NCBI GenBank assembly: GCA_963754875.1
Contig: CAVWHO010000016.1
Span: forward strand, 576,001 to 640,000
Source of the DNA: Nitrospirota bacterium
GTDB lineage: Bacteria > Nitrospirota > UBA9217
DNA length: 64,000 nt
Direction of reading: 5' to 3'
Under the pieces are notes generated by a model. The model saw nothing but the letters and a program-made list of their open reading frames with translations, did no database searches and was not told the DNA's origin. Position 1 is the stretch's first letter. Each line of letters starts with the position of its first letter. Made by a program: the position numbers and the translations under genes. Positions 39,808-50,061 of the stretch are shown one piece after another.

Positions 39808-41178
39808 TCAGAAGATCTTTCGAAGCCATTTGAGATGGTTCTTGTAGGGAGGATACCGCAAAGGGATGTCGAACAGAAATCCGCTTTTGATGATGCCTCT
39901 CTCATGCGAGAAGGCGTCGAAGCTGGCTTTGCCGTGGTACTTTCCGATCCCGCTCGGCCCTGCGCCGCCGAAGGGAAGGCAGGTGGTCTCATGGATGACC
40001 GTATCGTTGATGCACCCGCCGCCTGCCGCTGTTTCCCTCAGCACGCGGTCCTGAAGGCCCTTGTCCCGTGAGAAGAAATACAGTGCCAACGGCTTCGGCA
40101 GTTTGTTGACGAAGGCGATGGCCTGAGACAGTTCATCATACTCGATCACCGGCAGGAGGGGTCCGAAAATTTCCTCTTGCATGATGGGCTCGTGTCCCAC
40201 AATCCCGTCGATGATCGTAGGTGCGATGTATCGTGAAGCACGTTCAGTCCTGCCGCCGGTTATGATCGTTCCCTTCCCGAGAAGACCCGCGAGCCGCGTG
40301 AAATGCCCATCATCGATGATCCGGCCGAAGTCCGGGCTCTGCGAGGGATCGCTGCCGTAGAACTGGTGAATGCAGTTCTTCATTCGGTCGAGCAGCTCCT
40401 GCTTGACGCGTTTCTGCACCAGGAGATAATCCACGGCCACGCAGCTCTGACCTGCATTGAAGAATTTCCCCCACACGATCCGCCGCGCAGTATAATCCAG
40501 GTGGGTGTCCGCGTCAACGATGCAGGGGTTCTTTCCGCCAAGCTCGAGCGTGATCGGCGTAAGGTGTTTGGCCGCAGCGGCCATCACCAGACGCCCGACA
40601 GCTGGGCCGCCGGTAAAAAAAATATGGTCAAACCGCTCCTCGAGCAGCATCTGGGCGGTTTCCGCACCGCCTTCTACGATGGATACATGGGCGGGATCGA
40701 AAATTTTTCCCAGGATGTTCGTCAGAAGATGAGAGGTCCGGGGAGCTGCAATCGAGGGCTTGAGCAAGGCGCAGTTGCCCGCAGCGATGGCGCCGACGAG
40801 CGGTGCGAGCATTAACTGGACGGGAAAGTTCCACGGCCCGATGATGAGCGTCACTCCATAGGGTTCGGAGTGACGGTAGCTTTTGCTCGGGAAATACGCG
40901 AGCGGCGTCCGGACTTTTTTCGGTTTTGCCCAGCGCGCGAGATGCTTCAGCGTATAATCGATCTCATTGATGACGATTTCCGTATCGCCGCCATAGGCTT
41001 CGAAAGCGGGCTTGTTCAAGTCGGCCTTGAGGGCACCAAAAATCGTCTGCTCGTTATCAACGATTGCTTTTCGTAATATCCGAAGCTTCTCGATGCGGAA
41101 GGACAGGTCTCTCGTCTTGCCCGCGGCGAAGTACGTGCGAAGGTTGTTTACCAGTTTCATGAGTTGAGGTTTGTCCAT
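39808..41178 (-). CDS. Aldehyde dehydrogenase (ALDH3-like)
   Basis: PWNFP, FFTGG, LELGGKNP, NAGQSCVA, EEIFGP, PFGG. Confidence 0.9.
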   Translation of the reverse strand: MDKPQLMKLVNNLRTYFAAGKTRDLSFRIEKLRILRKAIVDNEQTIFGALKADLNKPAFEAYGGDTEIVINEIDYTLKHLARWAKPKKVRTPLAYFPSKSYRHSEPYGVTLIIGPWNFPVQLMLAPLVGAIAAGNCALLKPSIAAPRTSHLLTNILGKIFDPAHVSIVEGGAETAQMLLEERFDHIFFTGGPAVGRLVMAAAAKHLTPITLELGGKNPCIVDADTHLDYTARRIVWGKFFNAGQSCVAVDYLLVQKRVKQELLDRMKNCIHQFYGSDPSQSPDFGRIIDDGHFTRLAGLLGKGTIITGGRTERASRYIAPTIIDGIVGHEPIMQEEIFGPLLPVIEYDELSQAIAFVNKLPKPLALYFFSRDKGLQDRVLRETAAGGGCINDTVIHETTCLPFGGAGPSGIGKYHGKASFDAFSHERGIIKSGFLFDIPLRYPPYKNHLKWLRKIF

Positions 41179-41194
41179 GATCAGGCCCTTTTGG

Positions 41195-42703
41195 TTACCG
41201 CGTTGTCGTAAACTTCTTCTTCTCTTTTTTGCAAATGATCTGGATCACGTTCCGCCCGGACATGGCCACGGCCGGCAAACCGCCGCCGGGCTCGACCCAC
41301 TGGCCTGCCATAAAGAAATTATCCAGCCCCGGCAACGTTTTTTTCATCAGCTTGCCGAAACTCCACGTCTCGGGCGTCACCTGCCAGCCTTCGTAGCTCC
41401 CTTTCCAGTTATTGGTATAACGTACGAACGTTGTCGGAGAAGCCACGTCGCGCATCTCCACTTGAGAAGCGAACCCGGGGAACCGTTTGTCGAGAATGGT
41501 GATCAGGGTATCGGCGATCTTCTCCTTCTGCGCCTTATATTGTTCGTCGTCCTCGCGGAGCTTTTTCCAATATCCATAGTCCGTCTTGAGCATCACTGTC
41601 ACAAGCGTTTTGCCCTCAGGCGCAAGAGTGGGATCGTAGTTGTAGAACCGCACGCCGATATGAGTATGTTCCCGATCACCGATCCTGATCGGCTCCTGGA
41701 GCCTGATGGCAACTCCGCCGACGGAAGGACGGATATCGTTGAACAATCGATTCACTCCGAACGCCACGTACACGAGCGGCGGGAAGGGCAGGAGTTTCTC
41801 GTAGTAGCCTTTGATCGTCTCGTCCAGAAACTTTCCTTCGAGCATGTCGAAGATCGTGGCATGGCCGTCGGCAGCTGAGATCACGTAGTCCGCGCGGTGT
41901 TCGGTTCCGTCCTCCAGCCTGATGCCCACGGCGCGTCCCTTCTCGGTCAGGATCCTGGCGACCTTTGCTTTATAATTCATCTCGCCGCCGAGCGAGAGAT
42001 AGCGTTTCTCGATGCCCCGGCTGAATTCGAGCGACCCGCCCACCGGATACCCGGCGGCCTTCTTGTGCATCCAGGCGAACGTCATGAGCATGAAGGAAAC
42101 AGGAAAGTCGGGCGCAAAGAACATCGGGAAGGCCTCGCGCAGGAGGGGACTTTTAAACCGGGCGGCATAGGCACGGAGGGAGATCCTGTTCCATTTCCAC
42201 AGCATGCGCAAAAGCGAAAATCGCGTGACGATGATCTTGACCATATCGAAGAAGCCGGATACCTCCGGCGCTTTTTCGATCGGCGGTTCAAAGCGCGTGC
42301 ATTTGCGCGCGGCAAAGATGAATTCATCGATAATGGCCGCGTCTTCCGGCGCGGTCTCCTTCAGGTGTTTCTCCAGGCGGTCCAGGTCGGTGTACACGAT
42401 AAGTTGTTTCCCGTCAGGACCTTCCACGCGGCCGTATTCCTCATGGTTGATGATGGTCTTTCCCTCAAGCGCGCCGAGTTCCTGCCAGATGGTGTAAAAT
42501 TTCGAATTCGGGCCAGACCCCACGAGCCAATGGATGCAGCCGTCCACCGTGTACCCTTGCCGCTTCCAGGAAGTGCAGAGCCCCCCTGGTTTTTTCTTAT
42601 GCATCTCGAAGATACGCGTGCGGAACCCGTTCATCTGGCCGTAAGATCCGGCCGAAAGCCCGGCGATCCCGCCGCCGATAATGATGATAGATTTGTCTGA
42701 CAT
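41195..42703 (-). CDS. Phytoene desaturase-like FAD-dependent oxidoreductase
   Basis: IIGGGIAGL, PGGLCTSW, SPTTFVRY, GQWVEPGGGLP. Confidence 0.8.
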   Translation of the reverse strand: MSDKSIIIIGGGIAGLSAGSYGQMNGFRTRIFEMHKKKPGGLCTSWKRQGYTVDGCIHWLVGSGPNSKFYTIWQELGALEGKTIINHEEYGRVEGPDGKQLIVYTDLDRLEKHLKETAPEDAAIIDEFIFAARKCTRFEPPIEKAPEVSGFFDMVKIIVTRFSLLRMLWKWNRISLRAYAARFKSPLLREAFPMFFAPDFPVSFMLMTFAWMHKKAAGYPVGGSLEFSRGIEKRYLSLGGEMNYKAKVARILTEKGRAVGIRLEDGTEHRADYVISAADGHATIFDMLEGKFLDETIKGYYEKLLPFPPLVYVAFGVNRLFNDIRPSVGGVAIRLQEPIRIGDREHTHIGVRFYNYDPTLAPEGKTLVTVMLKTDYGYWKKLREDDEQYKAQKEKIADTLITILDKRFPGFASQVEMRDVASPTTFVRYTNNWKGSYEGWQVTPETWSFGKLMKKTLPGLDNFFMAGQWVEPGGGLPAVAMSGRNVIQIICKKEKKKFTTTR

Positions 42704-42798
42704 GAAAACCTCCACCAGGTACGGGCAGGGGCCAAGCGGTCACGAGACCGGACCGGCTGCGCGCCCCTTGCTGCTCGTTCTGTCCTTTTTTTCTGCAA

Positions 42799-43858
42799 TC
42801 ACACCTTGTCCAGCTTCTTCAGAAACCCGTACATATCGAAGCCGGCGTTGATCAGTTCCTTCGCCCGCTCGACCTTCCGCTTCTCGCGGATGCTCGTCTT
42901 GCCCATGCGGAACTCGATCTTGTCGATGGCGGAGAACGTGTCGCTCGGCACGGACAGGATGGGGATGCCGCGCGCCCGCGCCTTGCCGAGCACCACCTCG
43001 TTGGTCTGGAACCCGCCGGTGAGAATAATGCACTTCGTCGAAGTTTCGAGCGCCGCAAGCTGGATGTCGGATCGGTGGGCGCCGGTGATCACGGCTTTGT
43101 TCGGCATCCTGCGGAAATAGTTGAGGGCGCTGTCCACGTCCATGGCGCCGATCAGGAAGTTTTCGACGAACTCGCCGAGCTTGTCTTCGCAGCAGAGCAC
43201 CTTTCCGTTCAGGATCTCGTTCAGCTGTCCCACGGTCACGGACTCGAGAAACTTGTCCTTGGGAATGACGCCGTAAAGGGAGATGCCTTTTTTTTCGAGG
43301 AACGGCTTGACCGTGTTTTTTGCGAACTCCATCGTTGCCTCCGGCACTTTGTTGATCACGCCGCCGACATAGCGCTTGCCGAGGATCGCCCGCGCTCCGA
43401 AGAGCGAGTCCGCAGAAATATCTCCCCGCCAGGGCTCGACCAGAAGCACCTTCGCTTTTACCTCCTCGGCAAGCGACACGGCATCGATGCCGAGGAGCGA
43501 TCCTTCGATGAGGTCGCTTGCGCCGCAGATGATGATGAAGTCTTTTTTCTTGAACGATTTATAGGCTGCAAGGACCCGCTTCTTTGCATCGACGGTCTTT
43601 CCCTGGAAGAGCAGCGTCTGCTCCTCGTAGCTCATGACAAAGGGCGAGATCACATCAGCGGCTCGTCGAGGCCGAGCGTTTCCTTGATGAACGGAGCATC
43701 GGCATCGTAGACGTCCTTGCCGCCTTCACCGGCACGGTCCCGAAGGGTTTCATCATGCCGACCTTGTAGCCCATGTCCATGAGCTTCAGGGCAAGGCCGA
43801 GGGAGATAAATGTCCGGCCGGCGTAACCGATGTTGGATGCTACCAGGATGGGAACCAT
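42799..43858 (-). CDS. Phosphotransacetylase N-terminal-like (BioD-like plus DRTGG) protein (frameshifts near 43655-43725)
   Basis: AGRTFISLG...MKPFG in the 5' fragment; IGAM, ITGAHRSDIQLAALE, ILTGG in the 3' part. Confidence 0.75.
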
Positions 43859-43967
43859 GAGAACCTCCTTGGACGAATTATGAGCGGTAACTGAAGGGAC
43901 ATTCTGAAGCTCATGTCCCGAGCGTTTGACTTATTCTGCATTCCAAAATCTGCATACCCCATTCTAT

Positions 43968-46072
43968 TCACTTCTTCCCCTCCGGCTGCTTGAAGATAAT
44001 CCTCGCATCGAGCGCCACGGCGCCCTTTTCCATCACCATGAGCGGATTGACATCCAGCTCCTGGATCTCCGGGAAGTCGGACACGAGGCATGAAAGGTTC
44101 ACGATGTAACTTGCGATGGAGCCGATGTCCGCAGGCGGCTCGCCGCGCGCGCCGCGCAGGAGCCCGATGGTCTTGATCTCGTTGATCATGGCAAGGGCGT
44201 CCCGCCGCGCGACCGGCACGATCCTGAAGGCCACGTCCTTCAGTACTTCGACGTAGATGCCGCCGAGGCCGAACATGATCATGTGGCCGAAGGTGCGGTC
44301 ATACGTCACGCCGAGGATCACTTCCTTGCCGCCTTTGAGCATCTCGAAGATCATGACGCCCTTGATGAAGGCATCGGGCATGATGCGCCGCGCATTCGAC
44401 GTAATGTCCAGGAACGCGTCTTCGGCCTCTTTCGGCGATTTCACGTTCACGCGCACGCCGCCCACGTCGGTCTTGTGCAGGATGTCGGGGGACGAGATCT
44501 TCATCACCACCGGGAAAGCCGATCGAGGAAGCCATCTCAGCGGCCTCCTTCGAGGTCTGGCCATCGCATGCTTCGGGAACTGGAACCCGTAGTACGTCAG
44601 GATCTGCATGGCCTCGTCTTCGCCCACCTGGTAGATGCCTTTTTTGAGAATGGCGGCGACGGTCTCCGCCGCAGCGTCGAAGTTGTACCAGCAGGTCACC
44701 AGCTCTTCGGGTTTCGATGTTCTTCCACGCCCGCTGGTCCGACAGGCGCTTGAAGGCCTTGACCGCGAGCTCGGGATAGGAAAAGTTCGGGATCGATGCG
44801 GCCTTGAGCATCTCGATGCCCGCGCGCACGCGCTTTTCGCCCATGAAGGACGTGATGATCGGCTTGTCCGTGGTCTTTGCCGTTTTAATGACCGCGTCGG
44901 CGGTCTTCTCCATGTCCGTCATGGCCTGGGGCGTGAGGATCACGAGGATGCCGTCCACGTTCGGGTCTTTGGCCGCCTGCTCGAGCACGGCGGCGTAGCG
45001 CTCCGAGGTCGCGTCGCCGATCACGTCCACGGGATTGAAGATCGAGGCATTCGGAGGAAGCTTCGGCGCCATGGCCATCAAACTCTCTTTGGTCATGTGC
45101 GGCAGTTCTATGCCCATCCTCTCGGCCGTGTCTGCGGCGATGATGCCCGGGCCGCCGGCGTTCGTGATCACGAGCAGGCCGTTCCCTGCCGGGATCTTGC
45201 CCTCGGAAAAAGCGAGCGCCGTGTCGAACAGGTCCTGCACGCCCTGTGCCCGCATCACGCCGGTCTGCTTGAAGGCCGCGTCAAAGGCAACGTCCGAACC
45301 CGCCAGCGCGCCGGTGTGGGACGAGGCCGCACGCGCGCCGGCTTCGGTGCCGCCGGACTTGAGCAGGATGATGGGCTTGACCTTCGTGGCTTTTTGCGCC
45401 ATCGTCCATGAAGCGCTTGCCGTCCACCACGTCCTCGATGTAGCCGAGGATGAGGCTCGTCTCAGGATCGTTCATGAAATATTCGATAAAGTCGATCTCC
45501 GAGAGGTCCGCCTTGTTCCCGAGGCTGATGAACTTCGAGAACCCCACGTCGTTCCCGATGGCCCAGTCCATGATCGCGATGCCCATGGCGCCGGACTGGG
45601 AAAAGAAGCCGATCGTGCCTTTCGGCAGCATGTCCGCGGCAAAGGTGGCGTTCATGTCCTTGGCGGTGTTGATCAGGCCGAGGCAGTTCGGCCCCAGGAT
45701 GCGGATGTGCTGTTCTCTGCTGATCGCTTTGAGTTCTTCTTCGAGGAGCGTGCCGCCCGCGCCCGCTTCCTTGAATCCCGCGCTGATGACGATGGCGGAC
45801 TTGACACCGCAGGCCGCGCACTCCCGGAGCGAGGCGGGAACGAACTTGGCGGGGATGACGATGATCGCAAGATCGACGTGGTGTTTGATGTCCGATATTT
45901 TTGCGTAGGCCTGGAGTCCCAGGATCTCTCCGCAGGACGGATTGACGGGAAAGAGCGAACCCTTGAACTTGAAGGTCAGGAGATTATTCAGGACCGCATG
46001 TCCGACTTTTTTTGGATCAGCGGACGCGCCGATGACGGCAATGGCGCCCGGGTTGAACAAGGATTCGAGCAT
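43968..46072 (-). CDS. Acetate/acyl-CoA ligase (ADP-forming), fused alpha-beta (several frameshifts)
   Basis: IAVIGAS, ILGPNCLG, SQSGA, SHTGALAG, TNAGGPG, NPVD, KISSPDILHKTDVGGV, ELDVNPL spread over three ORFs. Confidence 0.85.
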
Positions 46073-46300
46073 GATACTTGTAAGTGTAATGGAGAATCAA
46101 TGAGTGGTCAAGGGCGGTAAGACGGAATAATTTTTTCTCGCGGCCAAGTAGAAGCCTGAAGCGGCATGCGTTCGGGAAAATTCGGCACTTTCGGTGCGGG
46201 GCGTGGGATCAAGGCAGGCGTGGTAGCGGGACAGGACGGATCGCGGTCAGCGCAAAGAAACGGTCTGCGATCCGAGACCGTCCGGTGACCGATAATCCTT

Positions 46301-46668
46301 TTAGTTCGTGACCAGCCAGTCCTTGGCTTCGTTTATGTTATCAAACATGTGGATCTTTCGCTTCGAAAACATCATGACCGCTTCGAAGATGATCTTTTTG
46401 ATCCCGCTGACCCCGATGATGGCACCTGCCTTCACGAAGGGCTTGTTATGGGCGGTGAACTCCTTCATGCGGTCGGTCACGTCTTCATTGAAACCGGGCG
46501 TTGGTCACGTCCGTGAGCGTAAGCACCGAACCCTCGGGCTGCGCCCCGATGACCGTACTTTGCCTCGTCAATGGTAGTGAGGACGTCGTTCGTACTGCAG
46601 TCGACAAAATTCAGGAAGAGAATGTCTTTTCCTCCATGTTTGATAAACTTGACTCGTTCTGAAGCCAT
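46301..46668 (-). CDS. Hypothetical SpoIIAA/STAS-like protein (frameshifted)
   Basis: Manual join: MASERVKFIKHGGKDIL...LTDVTNARF...HNKPFVKAGAIIGVSGIKKIIF...FDNINEAKDWL. Confidence 0.6.
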
Positions 46669-46919
46669 ATGTGCCCTCCTTGCACGTCGTCTGTGTCCCT
46701 GCGATGAAATCGGCAGCAAATGTTATCGCTGCAGGCCAACCCGGCTCGACGACGGTACCGTTTTTTTTTGTTCATGCTACAGAATCAGGGCGATCCTGTC
46801 AAGCCTTTCGATGGGGTATTTTTAGGGTATGCCGCATTTTAACAGTCTGTCGGGCAAAAACAGTATCTCTCTCAGATTATGAAACCGGATTTTTGCTATA
46901 CTTTCCACGAGGAGCCATC

Positions 46920-48816
46920 GTGGCCGACGAAAACGTACTCAAAAAAATCGGAGACTTCAAAGCGCTCTATCCGGAAAAATTCCCCGCAATCGGAACGGAT
47001 CTTCAGCGCCATTCATCCCGGAAACCGGATCTTTATCGGCACCGGCTGCGGAGAGCCGCAATGCCTCGTGAAGGAGCTGATCAACTATGTCCGTTCCCAT
47101 CCCAAGGCCTTCTTCGACGCGGAGCTGCTCCAGGTCTGGACCCTGGGCGTCGCGCCGTACGCCGACGAGAAGTTCAAGGACAACTTCCGGCACAACTCCT
47201 TTTTCATCGGCAACAATACGCGCGAGGCCGTGAACCAGGGCCTGGCCGATTATACGCCGGTCTTTCTCTCCCAGGTTCCCAGTCTGTTCAGGAATAAACT
47301 CGTGCCCGTGGACGTGGCGCTGATCCAGACATCGCTCCCCGACGAACACGGGTTCATGAGTCTCGGCATCAGCGTGGACATCGTAAAAGCCGCCGCTGAG
47401 AATGCGGCGCTCGTCATAGCCCAGGTGAACCCCCGCATGCCCCGCGTTCTCGGCGAGACCTTCATCAACATCAAGGAAGTGGATTTCATCGTTCCCTGCG
47501 AAGAGCCGCTCCTGGAATACAGCGACACGGTCTCCGACGAGATCGGCCAGAAGATCGGCACCTACGTTGCCCGCATCGTGCAGGACGGCGACACGATCCA
47601 GGTCGGGTACGGGAGTATCCCGAACGCGATCCTCGCGCATCTGAAGAACAGGGTGCATCTCGGCGTGCACACCGAGCTCCTGACCGACGGCATCGTCGAG
47701 CTCATGCAGGAACGTGTCATCGACAATTCGCGCAAGGAACTGAACCGGGGCAAGACTGTTGCTGCCTTCTGCATGGGTAAGCAGTCCACCTACGACTACC
47801 TGCATGACAACCCGGCTATCGAGTTTCGGCCCGTGGACTACACCAACAACCCCACGGTCCTTGCGCGTCAGAAAAACATGACCGCGATCAACAGCGCCCT
47901 GGAGATCGACCTGTCCGGCCAGGCAACGGCGGAGTCGCTGGGCAAGCTTTTTTACAGCGGCATCGGCGGCCAGGCCGACTTCATGCGAGGCGCGATTTTG
48001 TCCGAGGGCGGCAAGACTATCCTGGCACTCCAGTCCACGGCCGAAAACGGCGAGATATCGCGCATCGTCCCCTATCTCCGGGAAGGCGCGGGTGTAACGC
48101 TTTCACGCGGCGACATCCACTACGTGGTCACCGAGTTCGGCATTGCCTATCTTCACGGCAAGAACATCCGCGAACGGGCCATGGACCTAATCTCAATCGC
48201 CCATCCGAAATTTCGTCAAAGGCTCATCGATGAAGCCAAGGAACGCGGTCTGATCTACCGCGACCAGGCCTTCATTCCCGGCGCGCAGGGCGTCTATCCG
48301 GAGGAACTCGAAGTCCACCGGACCACGAAGACCGGCCTGTCCATGCTGCTCCGGCCCGTGAAGCTTTCGGACGAACACCTCCTCAAGGACTTCTTCTATG
48401 CTTTGTCGAACGACTCGATGTACCGCCGGTTCATCTCGACGCGGACGGACATGCACCACGACCGCTTGCAGCCTTTTGTGGTCATCGATTACACCAAGGA
48501 AATGGTGATCCTTGCCGTGCTCCCGCAGGACGAGACGGAATTGATCGTGGGGATGGCCCAGTACCTGATCGACGAGACCAGTCATACGGCCGAAGTTGCG
48601 TTCGTCGTTCGCGACGACTATCAGCGGAGAGGCATCGGTGCTTCGCTCCTTGCCTATATCACGTACCTTGGAAAGAAGAAGGGCCTCCTCGGTTTCACCG
48701 CAGCAGTATTGATGGAGAACCAGCAGATGCTTCAACTGTTCGAAAAGATGGGGTTCAACATCGACAAACGGAGCGAAGGCGGGCTCTACGAGTTGATCAT
48801 GTCGTTTCGGGAGTAG
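46920..48816 (+). CDS. Acetyl-CoA hydrolase/transferase with C-terminal GNAT domain (frameshift near 46985)
   Basis: GCGEP, IQVGYGSIP, GVHTE, SGIGGQADF, VVTEFG, then AEVAFVVRDDYQRRGIG; GTG start after GAGGAG. Confidence 0.85.
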
Positions 48817-48817
48817 C

Positions 48818-49289
48818 ATGAAACTATCGTGGATGTCTTTTTACACTCTCATTCTTGCCCTTTGGGTAGGCGGCATCGCGGTTTTTACTTTCATCATGAC
48901 GCCCGCGATCTTCCGTTCCTTCAGCAGGGACCTGGCCGGCGAGATCGTCGGAAAACTCTTTCCCGGCTATTTCCTCTACAATTTGGTCATCGCCGCCCTC
49001 GCACTCGTCCTATTTTTCCTGGTCGCAGGTGATCAGACGAGTACGCCAGCCCGCCTTTCGCTCTTTCTTGTGACGCTTGCCCTTTTTATAAACGCCTACG
49101 TCGTGTTCAAGCTCCATCCCGATACGGTAAGGGTGAAGCAGCAGATCGTATCATTCGAACGCGAGTCACCGGACTCTCCGGCGCGGAGGCAGTTTCAGCA
49201 GGCTCCATGCCGTAAGCGCATCACTGAACTTGCTGCTTCTCGCCGATGGCATTGTTCTGCTCTTGATCAGTCCGGCGTTGAGGAAATAG
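48818..49289 (+). CDS. DUF4149 family membrane protein (frameshift near 49197)
   Basis: LWVGG..FTF...P.IF...AGEIVGKLFP.YF; the shifted frame gives RLHAVSASLNL. Confidence 0.7.
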
Positions 49290-49385
49290 GCCCCTTTTCA
49301 CTGCAATGTCAGCGATAAGGGATAAATTTCGCTTGACATTTTCGCGAGAATAATAGATATTACCACTCTCCAAGTGGTTGGAACC

Positions 49386-49461
49386 GGGCGGATAGCTCAG
49401 CTGGGAGAGCACAGCCCTTACAAGGCTGGGGTCACAGGTTCGATCCCTGTTCCGCCTACCA
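49386..49461 (+). tRNA. tRNA-Val (TAC)
   Basis: 76-nt cloverleaf, anticodon arm CAGCC-CTTACAA-GGCTG, GTTCGA T-loop, CCA end. Confidence 0.95.
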
Positions 49462-49470
49462 TTAATATCA

Positions 49471-49558
49471 TAGTTCAGAGTACAAAGTTCAGAGTACTGA
49501 GTATAAGGAAGCTGACTTTGATTTTCACTTTGAACTTTCAACTCTGCACTTTGTACTA
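49471..49558. repeat. Heptamer tandem repeats arranged as a long imperfect hairpin
   Basis: AGTTCAG/AGTACAA units followed by complementary ACTTTGA/ACTCTGC/ACTTTGT units. Confidence 0.65.
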
Positions 49559-49566
49559 TTCCTTAA

Positions 49567-49633
49567 GGGGTGGTAGTTCAGCTGGTTAGAACGTCCCGAC
49601 TGGTTGGGAAGGTCGCCGGTCCAGAATACCGTC
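49567..49633 (+). other. Degenerate tRNA-Asp-like copy with replaced anticodon arm
   Basis: First 27 nt identical to tRNA-Asp at 49680, then TCCCGA-CTGG-TTGGGA, AGGTCGC and a degenerate T-arm; no 3' acceptor strand. Confidence 0.75.
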
Positions 49634-49679
49634 TCGAGCGTTAATTTAAGTGACGATGTAAAGTTTCTCCTCAAAAAAT

Positions 49680-49756
49680 GGGGTGGTAGTTCAGCTGGTT
49701 AGAACGCTAGCCTGTCACGCTAGAGGTCGCGGGTTCGAGCCCCGTCCGCCCCGCCA
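49680..49756 (+). tRNA. tRNA-Asp (GTC)
   Basis: 77-nt cloverleaf, anticodon arm CTAGC-CTGTCAC-GCTAG, GTTCGA, CCA end. Confidence 0.95.
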
Positions 49757-49777
49757 TTCATACCTGCCAAATTTCCC

Positions 49778-50029
49778 ATGCCGTTCTATGTCTATATTTT
49801 ACAGAGCCAGAAGGATGAGTCCCTCTACATAGGACAAACTTCAAATATAGAAGAACGCCTGTTGCGTCACAATCAGGGAAGATCAACGTATACAAAATCT
49901 AAAAGACCCTGGAAATTGCTCTATTATGAATCTTTTAATTCCAGGTCCTCTGCCGTAGGGAGAGAGAAGGAATTAAAATCATTCCACAGGAAAGATCTTC
50001 TCATGGGATTAATAAGGTCAGCTGATTAA
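49778..50029 (+). CDS. Stand-alone GIY-YIG nuclease (UPF0213-like)
   Basis: FYVYIL...LYIGQT...RL..HN...YTK..RPW...A..RE..LK. Confidence 0.9.
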   Translation: MPFYVYILQSQKDESLYIGQTSNIEERLLRHNQGRSTYTKSKRPWKLLYYESFNSRSSAVGREKELKSFHRKDLLMGLIRSAD

Positions 50030-50061
50030 AAACGTCCCGACGAGTCGGGAACTCTTTTCGA

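Noticed and set aside
49567..49633. Third functional tRNA, or an att site of an integrated island
   Set aside because: It lacks a 7-nt anticodon loop, canonical T-loop and 3' acceptor/CCA. No integrase is present, so it is treated as a tRNA mimic.
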